From contig NC_042997.1 of the NCBI RefSeq assembly GCF_006345805.1, forward strand, positions 18,786,001-18,850,000: 64,000 nt of DNA. Reading direction: 5' to 3'. Below are positions 39,085 to 52,344 of the stretch, one piece after another (within the stretch, counting starts at the first letter, position 1; each line of letters starts with the position of its first letter). Origin of the DNA: Octopus sinensis (taxonomy: Eukaryota). The notes beneath the pieces were generated by a model that was not told where the DNA came from, did no database searches, and was given only the letters and a program-made list of their open reading frames with translations. The position numbers and the translations under genes were made by a program.

Positions 39085-39368
39085 CTGTTGTTGTTGTTGT
39101 CCTTCTTCTCTTCTTCTTCTTCTTCTTCTTCTTCTTCTTCTTCTTCTTCTTCTTCTTTTTCTCCTTCTCCTTCTCCTCCTCCTCCTCCTTCGTCTCATTA
39201 TTATTACATATAGTAGTAGTAGTAGGAGGAGGAAGAAGAGGATAGGTGGAGTAAGCGGAGGAGTGCTGTTGTTGCTGCAGTTGATATTATCATCACCACC
39301 ATCATCCTCATCATCCTCATCAACTTCATCATCATCATCATCATTGTTTGCGTTGTCATCATTGTTGA

Positions 39369-39400
<32 letters not shown>

Positions 39401-39420
39401 CCATTAATCATCAACAACAT
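39085..39420. repeat. Compound trinucleotide low-complexity tract
   Basis: (GTT)(CTT)(CTC)(TAG)(GAG)(CAT) runs. Confidence 0.9.
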
Positions 39421-40329
39421 CAGCAACATTGTCATTCTCATCAGTTTAACATTCGGCATGGAATGAATTAATCAGGAATACAATATTTTTCCGAGCATCA
39501 CACTCCAGCCTCATTTTTGTCTGGGAGGCCTAACATGATAATCAATATATTACCAAAAGTGATTAAAAAGTCAAAACAAGCAAGCAAGTAAAAATGCAGA
39601 TAACGACTAACTCATTATGGGTTTGCATAGCCAGCTATTTAGAAACTACAAGTTTACAATAATGGCTCTGTTAGGTCTTTGACAGAAAATGTCTGAACAT
39701 TTACAAGGAAAGGCATTTTCTCATTTATCTTCTTTTGATGTACACTGAACCAAATTTAATTTAAAAGATGTCTGTCTCATTTGTCACCTTTACTTGACTG
39801 AATCTTGGTAATTTACATCCACCACCACTACCACTACCTCTACCAACCATCAAGAAAGTCTGGCATATGCCTATTGAATCAGTATCCAAATTTCTGTCTG
39901 ACTCATTCATCTTCCAAAACCGAAGCAAGTAAATGCAATCTCTCATTGAAAATAAAAGACACCTCTTAGGGGACGTACATTCATATTTTCTTAATCCTCA
40001 GGCACAAGGCCTATTCATGCTGTGAGTCATCACACTGCCTTCATATTACCTAATAATTTCTGCCACTCAATTTATGCCAGCACGACTGGCCTTGTGTTAT
40101 CTTAAATCATTAAAATACCAGCACCTTTGTAGCATGTTTAATTAGTCCATCAACATGGGGTCCCATCAGGTCATTGTTATGGTTTCTTAATGCATTAGAA
40201 TTGTTCACTACCCTGGAATTATTACAGTGTAAACCAAGTTAGTTCCATAATAGATAGAATAGTTTTAATGGAGATCTATCATGATAACAATTTGTAACAT
40301 TGGCTCAAGGCTTAAAATTATAGTTTTTT

Positions 40330-40379
<50 letters not shown>

Positions 40380-40829
40380 CATGTGTAACATGCTGCACTT
40401 GATTAAATCAAACCCATGACTTAATTGATATTCTACTCTATAAATACAAGGAGGGTAAAAGGTATATTTCGGCCAACACAATTTGAACTCTGAATATAAG
40501 TAGCTGAAGTTAAATACTGCATGACATTTTGCCTGTCTCTCTCTCTCTCTACCTATTCTATTAATCAGCAATCTAAATCTGTTTTAGCTGATATGATAGA
40601 ATTGATATCTGCTTAATAGTTGTTTCTTTTATCATTGTTTATTGTTATTTACTATCCTATATATTATCAAATACCCAAGATAATTAAGATCACTTACAAG
40701 TAAAAATGTATTTCATAGTCAATTGAATATTTATATATGCATATACACACAAGCATGCACATATTGTTGTTGATATTCAGAACAATTTCTGTAACTCTTC
40801 AATGAATTATGCAATGTACTAAGACAAGA

Positions 40830-40889
<60 letters not shown>

Positions 40890-40959
40890 TCTGCTACTGC
40901 TACTGCTACTGCTGCTGCTGCTAATAATAATAATAATATAATAATAATAATAATGGTAC

Positions 40960-41226
40960 TGACACCTATTTGAAAATGATACCAGGAAGTGCAAAAAATT
41001 GTGTTAACTGGAACAACTCATGTACTGAGAAGAGCATTATCGCTGTGAAAGCAACATCCATTCGTGAATTTATTTATTTATTAATATTTTAAATACATAT
41101 TTTTCCAGTGAATTTGCATGTGTAATCTAGGAATGCATACAATGAGTTTCTCTGCGCTAAGTGTATGGAAAACACTCGGCGAGAAATGGAAGAAAATTTG
41201 AAGAAAGAAGGAAAAAAAATAATAAT
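40960..41226 (+). mobile_element. R4/Dong-like LINE extreme 3' end between (TAA) repeats
   Basis: Reads QEVQKIVLTGTTHVLRRALSL*; the 3' UTR is homologous to 33310-33385; (TAA)n upstream at 40922-40953 and taataat downstream. Confidence 0.75.
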
Positions 41227-41227
41227 C

Positions 41228-41430
41228 CTTTTTACTATAGGCACAAGGCTTGACATTTTGAAGGAGGGGGCCAGTCGATTAGATCAACCCCAGTATGCAA
41301 CTGGTACTTAATTTATTGACCCCGAAAATATGAAAGCAGGTCTACCTTGGTGGAATTTGAACACAGAATGTTAGGATGGACCAAATGCCACAAAGCATGC
41401 TAATGATTCTGCCAGCTCGTCACCTTACTA
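41228..41430 (-). mobile_element. SINE family C
   Basis: Reverse complement of the 43390-43625 family (gagctggcagaa...ttcaaattcc...ggggtcaataaattaagtaccag). Confidence 0.75.
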
Positions 41431-41499
41431 ACAATACAAAGACAGATATAAAGGGTTGGGATTTGCATATAATGGAATGATAAAATGAAAAGTATACAT

Positions 41500-42272
41500 A
41501 GTGTACCTTAGAAGAAAGGAAATATATATAGTATACGACACTAGAGAAAGGGGGAAAAAGTGATTATGATGGGATCACCCTGTTATAGGAGGACCTCTAA
41601 GAATACTCAAGGAACCCCACCATCCAAAATCACCCTCAATACCAAAGACAAGAGCTCTCTCTAACTTCTTACTTCCAGCTCACAGGTCTACGCTGAAAGT
41701 GGTGCCATCCACTCTTGCCAGTTTAGCAACTTTCACCCACCTTTTCATAAATTCACTCAAGGACAGGACCTCCCTCTGTACCCTCACTTACCTTTCCAAG
41801 AGACTCTTGAAAGCATCAATGAGGGCTTTACCAAAGAGGAATGTTTCTGCCCTCATTCATTTCAGCCTCGTCCACCAGAAAACCTCTTTCATCACAGCCA
41901 CCAGAAAAAGAAATACTGCCTTGTCAGCCCAAATAAAGGAGGGTGGCAGGGAAACCATCATTATGGACTCAGCTGACAGACGGATATATCCTACATGAAC
42001 AAATGCATGCAGAATGGTTTCTTCACTCAGTGAGCACCACGGACAAACCTGTCTGACAGCATATCTGTGCCTGTAGTGTCTATCTTGCACCGGTATCAAT
42101 GCCAAGCCAAAAACATCTGGAAATTATCCATAACAGTCCCCGACCAGAATGGACTTGCCAGTTCATTTACGTCGACGCCTTGGGTCTCCCTGAGGACGTC
42201 GTTGCATTTCCCTGCTACTAATCCTCTGTAAATATCTAAAGTGGAACATCTACCGACCCTATTGCCCGACTA
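41500..42272 (-). mobile_element. L1/Tx1-like LINE 3' remnant
   Basis: ORF 41857-42105 has LIPVQDRHYRH...CPWCSLSEETILHAFVH (C-terminal zinc knuckle) and KEVFWWTR. Confidence 0.7.
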
Positions 42273-42342
42273 GTGTTTGCTGTCCTGTTTAACTACTATA
42301 TATGTATGTATGTATGTATGTATCTATTTATCTATCTATCTT

Positions 42343-42418
<76 letters not shown>

Positions 42419-42458
42419 CCTGTCTATCTATCTATCTATCTATCTGTATACACATACA

Positions 42459-43336
42459 CACAGAGGGGGCAATAGGTAAATTGTTGCCAGTTTATGATCT
42501 TGATTTTGTGTATGCACATTGTTTTTGATTTTGTCAACTACACAGTATAGTAGGGTTAGTTGGGCACTGTCTGTGAGAAAAACACCACAAGGATGCAATT
42601 CACTCTGCCAGAAATTTGGAAATGACATGCTGTACTGCTTGGCATTCATGCTGGAAGCTCCAGTATAAACATTTCAGAATGTTTAGGTGTCAATATGAGG
42701 ACAGTGCATGTACCAGGAGTGATAAAAATCAAACATCCAGTTAGCATCATGATGTTTGGAGTGATCACTAGTGATGTTGACGTTATACCTCCATTCATCT
42801 TCCCAACCGACCTCAGATTCAACACAGAGGTCTAAATCAAGTGCCTGGATGACGTAGCACTGCTCTGGGTTAAGAGGGTGGCTGCTGGAAGAACCTATGT
42901 CTGGCAAAAGGACTCTGCACCATGCCACACAAGCAGGAGTATCTGGTCTTGGCTATCAGACAATTTCTGCAACATCACCCCTAATATCTAGCCACCTAAC
43001 TCACCAGATTGCAACTCCCTTAATTAGTGTGCATGGGGTGCAGCTGAGTGAGAGACCAACAAAACTCCCTGTAACACCAAACATGAACTGAAGGCAAGGA
43101 TTATGGCAGCATACACCAACTTAAACAAGGAGGCCATGCAAAAGAGTTGCAGGAGATTCTGAAGTCATCTGGAGACCGTGGTTGAAGCCAATGGCGATTT
43201 TATTGAATAAATTTACTCATTAGTATTTCAAGATATTTTAATGTAATTTTAGTAAATATCATATTATTCTTGGATGTCAGTGTTATTTTCATTTCTGCAT
43301 AATTCAGACAACAATATATTCACTGCATCCAGTGTG
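42459..43336 (+). mobile_element. Tc1/mariner (maT/DD37D-like) transposon, internally deleted pseudogene
   Basis: Reads KHPVSIMMFGVITSD...YVWQKDSAPCHTS...PPNSPDCNSLN...VVEANGDFIE*, with in-frame stops; degenerate TIRs at both ends (cacaga...aaattgttgcc / gacaacaatatatt...cagtgtg). Confidence 0.85.
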
Positions 43337-43389
43337 CATGTATGTGTGTCTTCATGTTTGTGTCCATTCCCCACCACATGACAACTCGA

Positions 43390-43625
43390 AGGTGGCGAGC
43401 TGGCAGAAACGCTAGCACGCCGGGCGAAATACTTAGCAGTATTTCGTCTGCCGTTACGTTCTGAGTTCAAATTCTGCCGAGGTCGACTTTGCCTTTCATC
43501 CTTTCGGAGTCGATAAATTAAGGACCAGTTACACACTGGGGTCGATATAATCGACTTAATCCGTTTGTCTGTCCTTGTTTGTCCTCTCTGTGTTTAGCCC
43601 CTTGTGGGTAATAAAAGAAATAGGT
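43390..43625 (+). mobile_element. SINE family C, inserted in an older family A-like 3' half
   Basis: ggcgagctggcagaaacg...gagttcaaattc (B-box-like)...gcctttcatcctttcggagtcgataaatt; family A-like sequence lies on both sides (43337-43389 and 43626-43735). Confidence 0.8.
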
Positions 43626-45319
43626 ATTGATTTGGTTATGTTTATATAACTTAGCAGTTTGTCAAAAGAACCGATAAAACATGTACCAAACTTTAAAAAG
43701 GTACTGGAGTCAATTTGTTCAACTACGAAAACCTCCACCTCTAACTTTTATTTTTTAATATTTATTATTGAAACAAAATTTATGATAACATAAATATGGC
43801 AACATACTAACAAGTTTAAACCACATCTATATCTACTGGTTACAGCTCTTCCATTTCATTTATTATATTGATGTTTTGAAAAACCTTTATTTCTTTTTTT
43901 AATAAATTTAAAATGTTATGTCTGTGTAAGAAAACAATAATGAAATCAAATAAAGATGAGTGAGTCAACTAAAATAATAGTTGTAACTATAAATGCAAGA
44001 AATGGTTGGTGTATATGAATGTAAATGAGGGTGTTTTGAAACTATATAGGAGTGTTTGTAAGTGAATGTATCAAACAGTATTCTTTTATGAGAATGACCC
44101 AGGGAAAAAAATCAAGAACCGCAGTAGGAAAACCATGTAGTGATCCAAGAAGTTTATTTAATTCAAATTAAACCCAGTGTTTTGAGAAATAGTCATTATC
44201 TTAATGAAAGACATGGAAGATAACCTGAAAATTTAGACTAATTTAAATCAATTCTACCAAAGATCAAAACTCCTTTAATATTGCATTCTATTCTTTTTTA
44301 TTCTTTTGGTTGGCCCGAGGCTATAGCAGAAGACACTTGCCCAAGGTTCCACAGAAGGGGACCGAACCCAGAACCATGCGGTAGGGAACCCAGCTTTTTA
44401 CCACACAGCCATTCCTGCACCCATATCCAATTAATTTTAATTAATTTTAATTTTCTCATCTTTCTTTTTTGACTAAAATAGGTTAAGTTTCATAAATATA
44501 GGTTTAATGTGAATAAATTAAAATTTCCTCTAGCCTTATTACATCATGTAATACTTTAAATTATTCGTTTATAATACATATTTGTGTACAGCATACACCT
44601 GTAATTATGGGCAACAAAATCCCAGAAAATATTTCTCATGCATTATACACACTAACTGTTTTTAGCAACATGTTTGATTATAATAGGAGTGTTTAACTAG
44701 ATTTATTATAATTGCTGTATCAAATTTGTTGAAAAATTCATGCATCCTAAATGAAGTAAAAAATATAAATTTGAAAGTGACTATTGAGCTTTATAGGTGT
44801 AGGTTAGGCTGTAAAGTTTATGTGGAAATTACATGCATATGTTTTTCATGAAAATATTTTGTATGATATATAAATACAAAATATATTGTTCATTTTAAGG
44901 CTAAATCAGGTGACAATATCCATGACCTTTCTGCAAAGCTTTTGAAATTAGTAGCTATCATCAGACCAGAGATTTAACATAAATTTTTGCCTCAGGGTGG
45001 AGTACACTTACGGTGCCCAACAGCTAAGTGGTGATGTTAATGGGATGGGTTAATCAAACACAAGAGTAGGTACGGTTCATAAGCAGATTCAGCCAACCAG
45101 TTTCACTCACAAAGCTTGGATCAATGTGAGACGGTGTGTGTGAAATTATTTTCACAAGGACTTATACAGCCGGATCAAGACCAGAAACAATAAACAGGTA
45201 TATTACTTTAAATGAAGTAGGTACTTTATGCATTATATTACAAATATCTCTCCACTGCCCTTTTGGTATATCATGACACTTGATAGAAAGTTTTGTATAT
45301 TCAATATTTATAGTACACA

Positions 45320-45535
45320 AGGCAGCAAGCTGGCAGAAACATTAGACCGTTGGGAAAAATGCTTCACTGTATTTCATCTGTCTTTACTTTCTGAGTTCAA
45401 ATTCCACTGAGATCAACTTTGCCTTTCATCATTTTGGGGTTGATAAATTAAATTCCAGTTGTGTACTAGAGTTGATCTGATCAACTGGCCCCTCCCTAAA
45501 AATTTTGAATCTTATGCCTAGAATAGAAAAGAATA
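45320..45535 (+). mobile_element. SINE family C
   Basis: Homologous to 43390-43625 and 41228-41430. Confidence 0.75.
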
Positions 45536-45770
45536 TTTATAGTGCACATATTGTATTGAGTTCCAACTGCTTTCTGTCCTAATATAATACAAGCTCACTT
45601 TCTAAATATTGCTTCAGTTTGTGCATTCTATAACTGAATATTCATCTACTTCTCATTGCATTGCTCTTTTGTATGATTTTACTGTCCACCACTATTCTGG
45701 GTGTGTGACATATCAGTAGATCTTCAAAAAAAGCCACTCACAAAGCTTGGATCATACAGCCATTCCTACA

Positions 45771-46173
45771 TAGACGTAGGAGTGGCTGTGTGGCAAGTAG
45801 CTTGCTTACCAGCCTCATGGTTTCGGGTTCAGTTCCACTGTGTGGCACCTTGGGCAAGTGTCTTCTACGATTGCCTCAGGCTGACCAAAGCCTTGTGAGT
45901 GGATTTGATAGATGGAAACTGAAAGAAGCCCGTCATATATGTGTATATATGTGTATGTGTGTATGTATATGTTTGTGTATCTGTGTTTGTCCCCCCAACA
46001 TCGCTTGACAACCAATGCTGGTGTGTTTACATCCCAGTAACTTAGCAGTTCGGCAAAAGAGACTGATAGAATAAGTACTAGGCTTACAAAGAATAAGTCC
46101 TGGGGTCGATTTGTACGACTAAAGGTGGTGCTCTAGCATGGCCACAGTCAAATGACTGAAACAAGTAAAAGAG
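45771..46173 (+). mobile_element. SINE family A, full length
   Basis: Matches the family A consensus. Confidence 0.9.
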
Positions 46174-47004
46174 CAAAATCACAAATAAAAACTGGTCATT
46201 TGCTTATGAAACTTCCAAAATATAGAAAATCCTTATACTTCAACCTCAATGGCTATATTAGTAAATATGATTATAATTAAAGCTCTGATGACCAGCCAGT
46301 CATACACAAAGTGTTTTTCTACAGTTCATATCTTGTTTATAGACTCTTTTAGCTAAAATTATTATCACCTGAATCTAATTATCTGAGCACCTAGAAAATT
46401 ACAGAAGATATGCTTTGCCATATCCTACTTAAGGGATTTTACCCTTGTCTCACTTAAAAAATGGTGAGTTGTCTGTAGTATGATATCCTAGTACAAATTT
46501 AAACTTCCTCTTAAACCAAATTCTGTCTTGTATATAACACTCTCTACTACCTTCATTCTCTGTAAATTCACCTTTCCTGTAATTTTCCTTTTAATTTTGC
46601 AACAATTATCATTTCAGACTTGATTAACTAAAACATAAATATTATGAAGATGCCTAAATTTTGTAATTTTGTTATTTACAACATATTTTGTTATTGTAAT
46701 TTATATTGACAAAGAAATAGAAGTTATTGAAATGGAAAGACAATTTTTACATTTTCTATTGAATAATTTATGTCAGCTTAGTTCCATACATAACATAGAT
46801 AGTGAAAGCATTATTATAAAACAACAACCAGCAATATCCACTGCGTCAGCCAGTTTATTATCATTTTTTTTTGACACAACACTTTCAATCCAATTTCATA
46901 GAAGAAAATGGAATTCCAAGATGCTAGAGATTTAAATAAGCAATAAATAGTCAGAGCCATTAGAGTATTGGATAGAAAGCCTCTTTGTATATATATATAT
47001 ATAT

Positions 47005-47076
<72 letters not shown>

Positions 47077-47161
47077 TATAATTGTTAAACAGGACATCAA
47101 ACATTAAGGCAAGGCAAAAATCTCAAGTCATATACAATATTATAACAGGAAGAAATTCAAA

Positions 47162-47218
47162 ATCTTACAGCTGTTCCAGGGATATCCTAGAGTATGGAAT
47201 ATTCTGTCATCAGAGACA
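47162..47218 (-). ncRNA. Hammerhead motif, mutated copy (GGAA instead of GAAA)
   Basis: Minus strand: tct-CTGATGA-cagaatattcc...ggatatccct-GGAA-cagctg-TA-aga. Confidence 0.55.
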
Positions 47219-47470
47219 AATCGAGGAAAAAATATGGAATACTGACATGGATATACTCAGGATTGCACCTAAAGACTTACACACATGGATATATGCAGGA
47301 TTGCACCTAAGGACTCATGCTTTCATTTCAATAACTTTGGAAAGCTGAACTATGAACTTTTATGTCTCTTTTCTTCTCTCTTTCCATCTCCTTATTCTTT
47401 TACTCCCTTCCTCTATGTTATCATCTTATTGATATATACCATTCTCATTTTCCATATTTTTTCCCCAATT

Positions 47471-47527
47471 TGTCTCTGATGATGGAATATCCCATACTTG
47501 AGGATATCCGTGAAACAGCTGTAAGGT
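47471..47527 (+). ncRNA. Type I hammerhead ribozyme motif
   Basis: gtct-CTGATGA-tggaatatcc-catacttga-ggatatccgt-GAAAC-agct-GTA-aggt: intact core, palindromic CAGCTG, GUA triplet, short stem I. Confidence 0.75.
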
Positions 47528-47637
47528 TTTTGAATTTCTTCCTGTAATAATATTGTATATGGCTTGATATTTTTGCATCACCTTAATGCTTCACATCCTG
47601 TTTAACAATTATATATATATATGTGTATATATATATA

Positions 47638-50574
47638 TCATCATCATCATCATCATCATTTAGCGTCCGTTTTCCATGCTAGCATGGGTTGGACGGTTCA
47701 ACTGGAGTCTGGGGAGCCTGAAGGCTGCACCAGGCCAGTCAGATCTGGCAGTGTTTCTACAGCTGGATGCCCTTCCTAACGCCAACCACTCCGAGAGTGT
47801 AGTGGGTAATTTTATGTGCCATCGACACAGGTGCCAGACGAGGCTGGCGAACGGCCACGCTCGGATGGTGTTTTTATGTGCCACCGTCACAGGTGCCAGA
47901 CGAGGCTGGCAGACGGCCACGCTCGGATGGTGTTTTTATGGGCCACGCTCGGATGGTGTTTTTATGTGCCACCGACACAGGTGCCAGACGAGGCTGGCAG
48001 ACGGCCACGCTCGGATGGTGTTTTTATGTGCCACCGACACAGGTGCCAGATGAGGCTGGCGGACGGCCACGATCGGATGGTGTTTGTTACGTCCCCAAAG
48101 CACGGAGGCCAGTCTATGCGGCACTGGCTACGGCCACGTTCGGATGATTTTCTTGTGTGCCACCGGCACTGGTACCACAAAGATACAAATTCCATTGATG
48201 TTCATCTATTTTGATTTGTTTTGATTTGATTTTCACTTGCCTCAACAGGTCTTCACAAGTGTCATAAGAAGGAAGGTATGCACAGGTGGACTGACTACGT
48301 CCCAGGTAGGGGCCACGGGTTATGGCCTGACTAGTCTTGCCGGGTCTTTGGATGGTGTTTTTATGTGCCACCGACAGAGGTGCCAGATGAGGCTGGCGAA
48401 CGGCCATGATCGGATGGTGTTTGTTACGTGCCCACAGCACGGAGGCCAGTCGATGCGGTACTGGCTACGGCCACGTTCAGATGGTTTTCTTGTGTGCCAC
48501 CGGCACTGGTACCACAAAGATACAAATTCCATTGATGTTCATCTATTTTGATTTGATTTGATTTGATTTTCACTTGCCTCAACAGGTCTTCACAGGTCTT
48601 CACAAGTGTCACAAGAAGGAAGGAAGGTATGCACAGGTGGACTGACTACGTCCCAGGTAGGGGCCACGGGTTATGGCCTGACTAGTCTTGCCGGGTCTTC
48701 GGTTGGTGTTTTTATGTGCCACCGACACAGGTGCCAGATGAGGCTGGCGAACGGCCATGATCGGATGGTGTTTGTTATGTGCCCACATCACAGAGGCCAG
48801 TCGATGCGGTACTGGCTACGGCCACGTTCGGATGGTTTTCTTGTGTGCCACCGGTACTGGTACCACAAAGATACAAATTCCATTGATGTTCATCTATTTT
48901 GATTTGGTTTGATTTGATTTGATTTGATTTGATTTTGATTTTCACTTGCCTCAACAGGTCTACACAAGTGTCACACACTTGCCTCAACAGGTCTTCACAA
49001 GTGTCATAAGTGGGAAGGTATGCACAGGTGGACTGACTACGTCGCCGGGTCTTCGGATGGTGTTTTTATGTGCCACCGACACAGGTGCCAGATGAGGCTG
49101 GCGAACGGCCACGATCAGATGGTGTTTGTTGTGCCCACAGCATGGAGGCCAGTCGATGCGGTACTGGCTACGGCCACGTTCGGATGGTTTTCTTGTGTGC
49201 CACCGGTACTGGAACCACAAATACAATTCCATTGATGTTCATCTATTTTGATTTGGTTTGATTTTCACTTGCCTCAACAGGTCTTCACAAGTGTCACACA
49301 CTGCCTCAACAGGTCTCCACAAGTGTCACACACTTGCCTCTGCCTCAACAGGTCTTCACAAGTGTCACACACTTGCCTCAACAGGTCTTCACAAGTGTCA
49401 TAAGAGGGAAGGTATGCACAGGTGGACTGACTACGTCGCCGGGTCTTCGGATGGTGTCTTTATGTGCCACCGACACAGGTGCCAGATGAGGCTGGCGAAC
49501 GGCCACGATCGGATGGTGTTTGTTGTGTCCACAGCATGGAGGCCAGTCGATGCGGTACTGGCTACGGCCACGTTCGGATGGTTTTCTTGTGTGCCACCGG
49601 TACTGGAACCACAAAGATACAAATTCCATTGATGTTCATCTATTTTGATTTGGTTTGATTTTCACTTGCCTCAACAGGTCTTCACAAGTGTCACACACTT
49701 GCCTCAACAGGTCTCCACAAGTGTCACACACTTGCCTCTGCCTCAACAGGTCTTCACAAGTGTCACACACTTGCCTCTGCCTCAACAGGTCTTCACAAGT
49801 GTCACACACTTGCCTCAACAGGTCTTCACAAGTGTCATAAGAGGGAAGGTATGCACAGGTGGACTGACTACGTCGCCGGGTCTTCGGATGGTGTCTTTAT
49901 GTGCCACCGACACAGGTGCCAGATGAGGCTGGCGAACGGCCACGATCGGATGGTGTTTGTTGTGCCACAGCAAGGAGGTCAGTCAATGCGGTACTGGCTA
50001 CGGCCACGTTCGGATGGTTTTCTTGTGTGCCACCGGTACTGGAACCACAAAGATACAAATTCCATTGATGTTCATCTATTTTGATTTGGTTTGATTTTCA
50101 CTTGCCTCAACAGTCTTCACAAGTGTCACACACTTGCCTCAACAGGTCTCCACAAGTGTCACACACTTGCCTCTGCCTCAACAGGTCTTCACAAGTGTCA
50201 CACACTTGCCTCAACAGGTCTTCACAAGTGTCATAAGAGGGAAGGTATGCACAGGTGGACTGACTACGTCGCCGGGTCTTCGGATGGTGTCTTTATGTGC
50301 CACCGACACAGGTGCCAGATGAGGCTGGCGAACGGCCACGATCGGATGGTGTTTGTTGTGCCCACAGCACGGAGGCTAGTCGATGCGGTACTGGCTACGG
50401 CCACGTTTGGGTGGTTTTCTTGTGTGCCACCGGCACTGGTACCACAAAGAATACAATTCCACTGATGTTCATCTATTTTGATTTGTTTTGATTTGATTTT
50501 CACTTGCCTCAACAGGTCTTCATAAGTGTCACAAGAAGGAAGGTATGCACAGGAGGACTGACTACGTCCCAGGT

Positions 50575-50579
<5 letters not shown>
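47638..50579 (-). repeat. Hierarchical tandem array derived from an RTE 3' UTR
   Basis: RTE tail with (CAT)n at 47638, 62-bp units (47811-48080), then about 7 units of 300-440 bp containing a variable number of 33/39-bp subunits. Confidence 0.92.
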
Positions 50580-50619
<40 letters not shown>

Positions 50620-50623
<4 letters not shown>

Positions 50624-50813
50624 CGTGTGTACCGTTGGCGATTTGTTTTCCTCTGTCTTCCCTTCTCTGGATCTTTCCTTCTCCTATGTTTCCAACAAAG
50701 AGCTCCGCTCAAAACGTTAAACCCTCCTTCTTTCCTTCTTTCCTGAGCGTCCAATAATACTATATTTGTTCCACGTCCTTGTGTTGTGTTTTTTTGTGCT
50801 TTCTTGTTTGGAT

Positions 50814-50818
<5 letters not shown>
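50620..50818 (+). mobile_element. Short TA-flanked element with a decayed hammerhead-like core
   Basis: gttt-ccaacaaa-gagc-tcc-gctc-aaaa-cgtta-aac; the differences from a core are CG>CA-type changes; related to 14809-14990. Confidence 0.45.
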
Positions 50819-50886
<68 letters not shown>

Positions 50887-50891
50887 GTATG

Positions 50892-50922
<31 letters not shown>

Positions 50923-50963
50923 ATATATGTATGTATATATATATAAATATATATGTATGTATG

Positions 50964-50995
<32 letters not shown>

Positions 50996-52174
50996 CACAC
51001 ACACACAAATATACACACCTATATACATTTAGATACATGTAGATATACACATATATTTATATATATGCATAAATGCATACACATGCATATGTACGTATAT
51101 ATACATTTGTATGTATGTCTACATATATATACATGCATATATGCATGTAAAAATATATAAATGCATGTATATATATATATATATAAATATATATATATAT
51201 GCATTATACATAGATACAGACATATATACATATATATGTGTGTGAGTGTGTCTATGTGTAAACATATATATATTCTCATATATGTGTGTGTATATATGTG
51301 TGCTTATATGTATGCACACACACACACATACTTATGTTCACTCATATATGTTCACATATATCTTGAAAAAGCTATAAACCATATTTTACCAAAGAAACTG
51401 TAAATGGTTTCATGGAAAGTAATAAAGTATGTTTTAGAAATGCAAGGTGATGCAGAAAGTGAAAACAATTACCAAAAAGTGTATGGAAATACATTTGCTT
51501 AGAGTCGTTTAAACACCGAGAGAATAGTCAATAAATTCATAGGAAAATATATATTCACAAACTGGAAATGGTGATTTTCTTAACTTTCTTCCTTTTTATT
51601 TGGTTTTTATTTATTCATTCTTTTTACATTCATTTTCTCAACCAGACTACAGTCTTGTTTGGTGATGTATTCAAAGTATACCCTACAAAAACTTGATTAC
51701 TTAATAGTAAATGCTATGTTTCTATTTTATCGACCCAGTTAAGGTTTACACATTTCGTGGTACGTATGGTAATGATTGTCCTTTTCAGATATATTTACAC
51801 AGACAAATGCATTAAACAGATATTATTTTGTACAAATATTATATAATGATATGTATAAGCCAGTCACGATATTCCAAAGGTCTATGCATATAAAATGCTA
51901 CACTTAAAACATTTAGTACTAAAAATTGAAGGCTATGAATAATCTTTAGAATCGATGTCTGTTTTTGTGCGTGTATGGTTAAGATATAATGGACTGCTTA
52001 TTACATGCATCTATACTTGCACAAAATCATTTATTCACACATAGAGCAATATTTTGCATGTATATATTTGTTCACATCTTTGTGGATGCATGTGTGGGAC
52101 TGTGTATATATGACTCCGTATTATTATTAATAATGTACACTAAAACATGTGTAGAAGTATGAAAGTATAAATTA

Positions 52175-52344
52175 TAAATTGAAACACCATTTTTAGTAAG
52201 TTGGCATTTATATGCAAAAATATTACTGAAATAGAAAATTAAATTATTCTGAGGCAGTGCTTTGCCTGAAGTAATCAAATGAAAATGAACAAAACCTAAG
52301 AAAGCCTAAGAGCTTCATTAATAATAAGAACATTTTTATCTTGT
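52175..52344. repeat. Segment with an inverted paralog at 61396-61560
   Basis: For example ctttgcctgaagtaatcaaatg versus catttgattacttcaggcaaag; roughly 80% identity by eye. Confidence 0.9.

Larger units (their letters stand above)
47080..47610. repeat. Inverted repeat (~160-bp arms, ~205-bp spacer) in (TA)n, each arm with a hammerhead motif
   Basis: 47080-47240 is the diverged reverse complement of 47447-47610; the ends are aattgttaaacagga / tcctgtttaacaatt. Confidence 0.93.

Noticed and set aside
39033-39466. Poly-D/R/S ORFs as a low-complexity protein exon
   Set aside because: A compound trinucleotide microsatellite open in several frames on both strands, with no supporting exon context.
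47660-50512. Many overlapping repetitive ORFs as a protein family
   Set aside because: They are translations of a GC-richer tandem repeat in all frames, with no domain or splice structure.
48230-50530. CRISPR-like array of 33-bp partly palindromic repeats
   Set aside because: The repeats are directly adjacent or separated by repeated, non-unique sequence; there are no cas genes and the context is an animal retroelement.
47811-50579. Tandem retrozyme (hammerhead in each 300-440 bp unit)
   Set aside because: Only near-matches (cagatgag, ctgttgagg...gaaa) occur, without a pairable stem II or a correct core on either strand.
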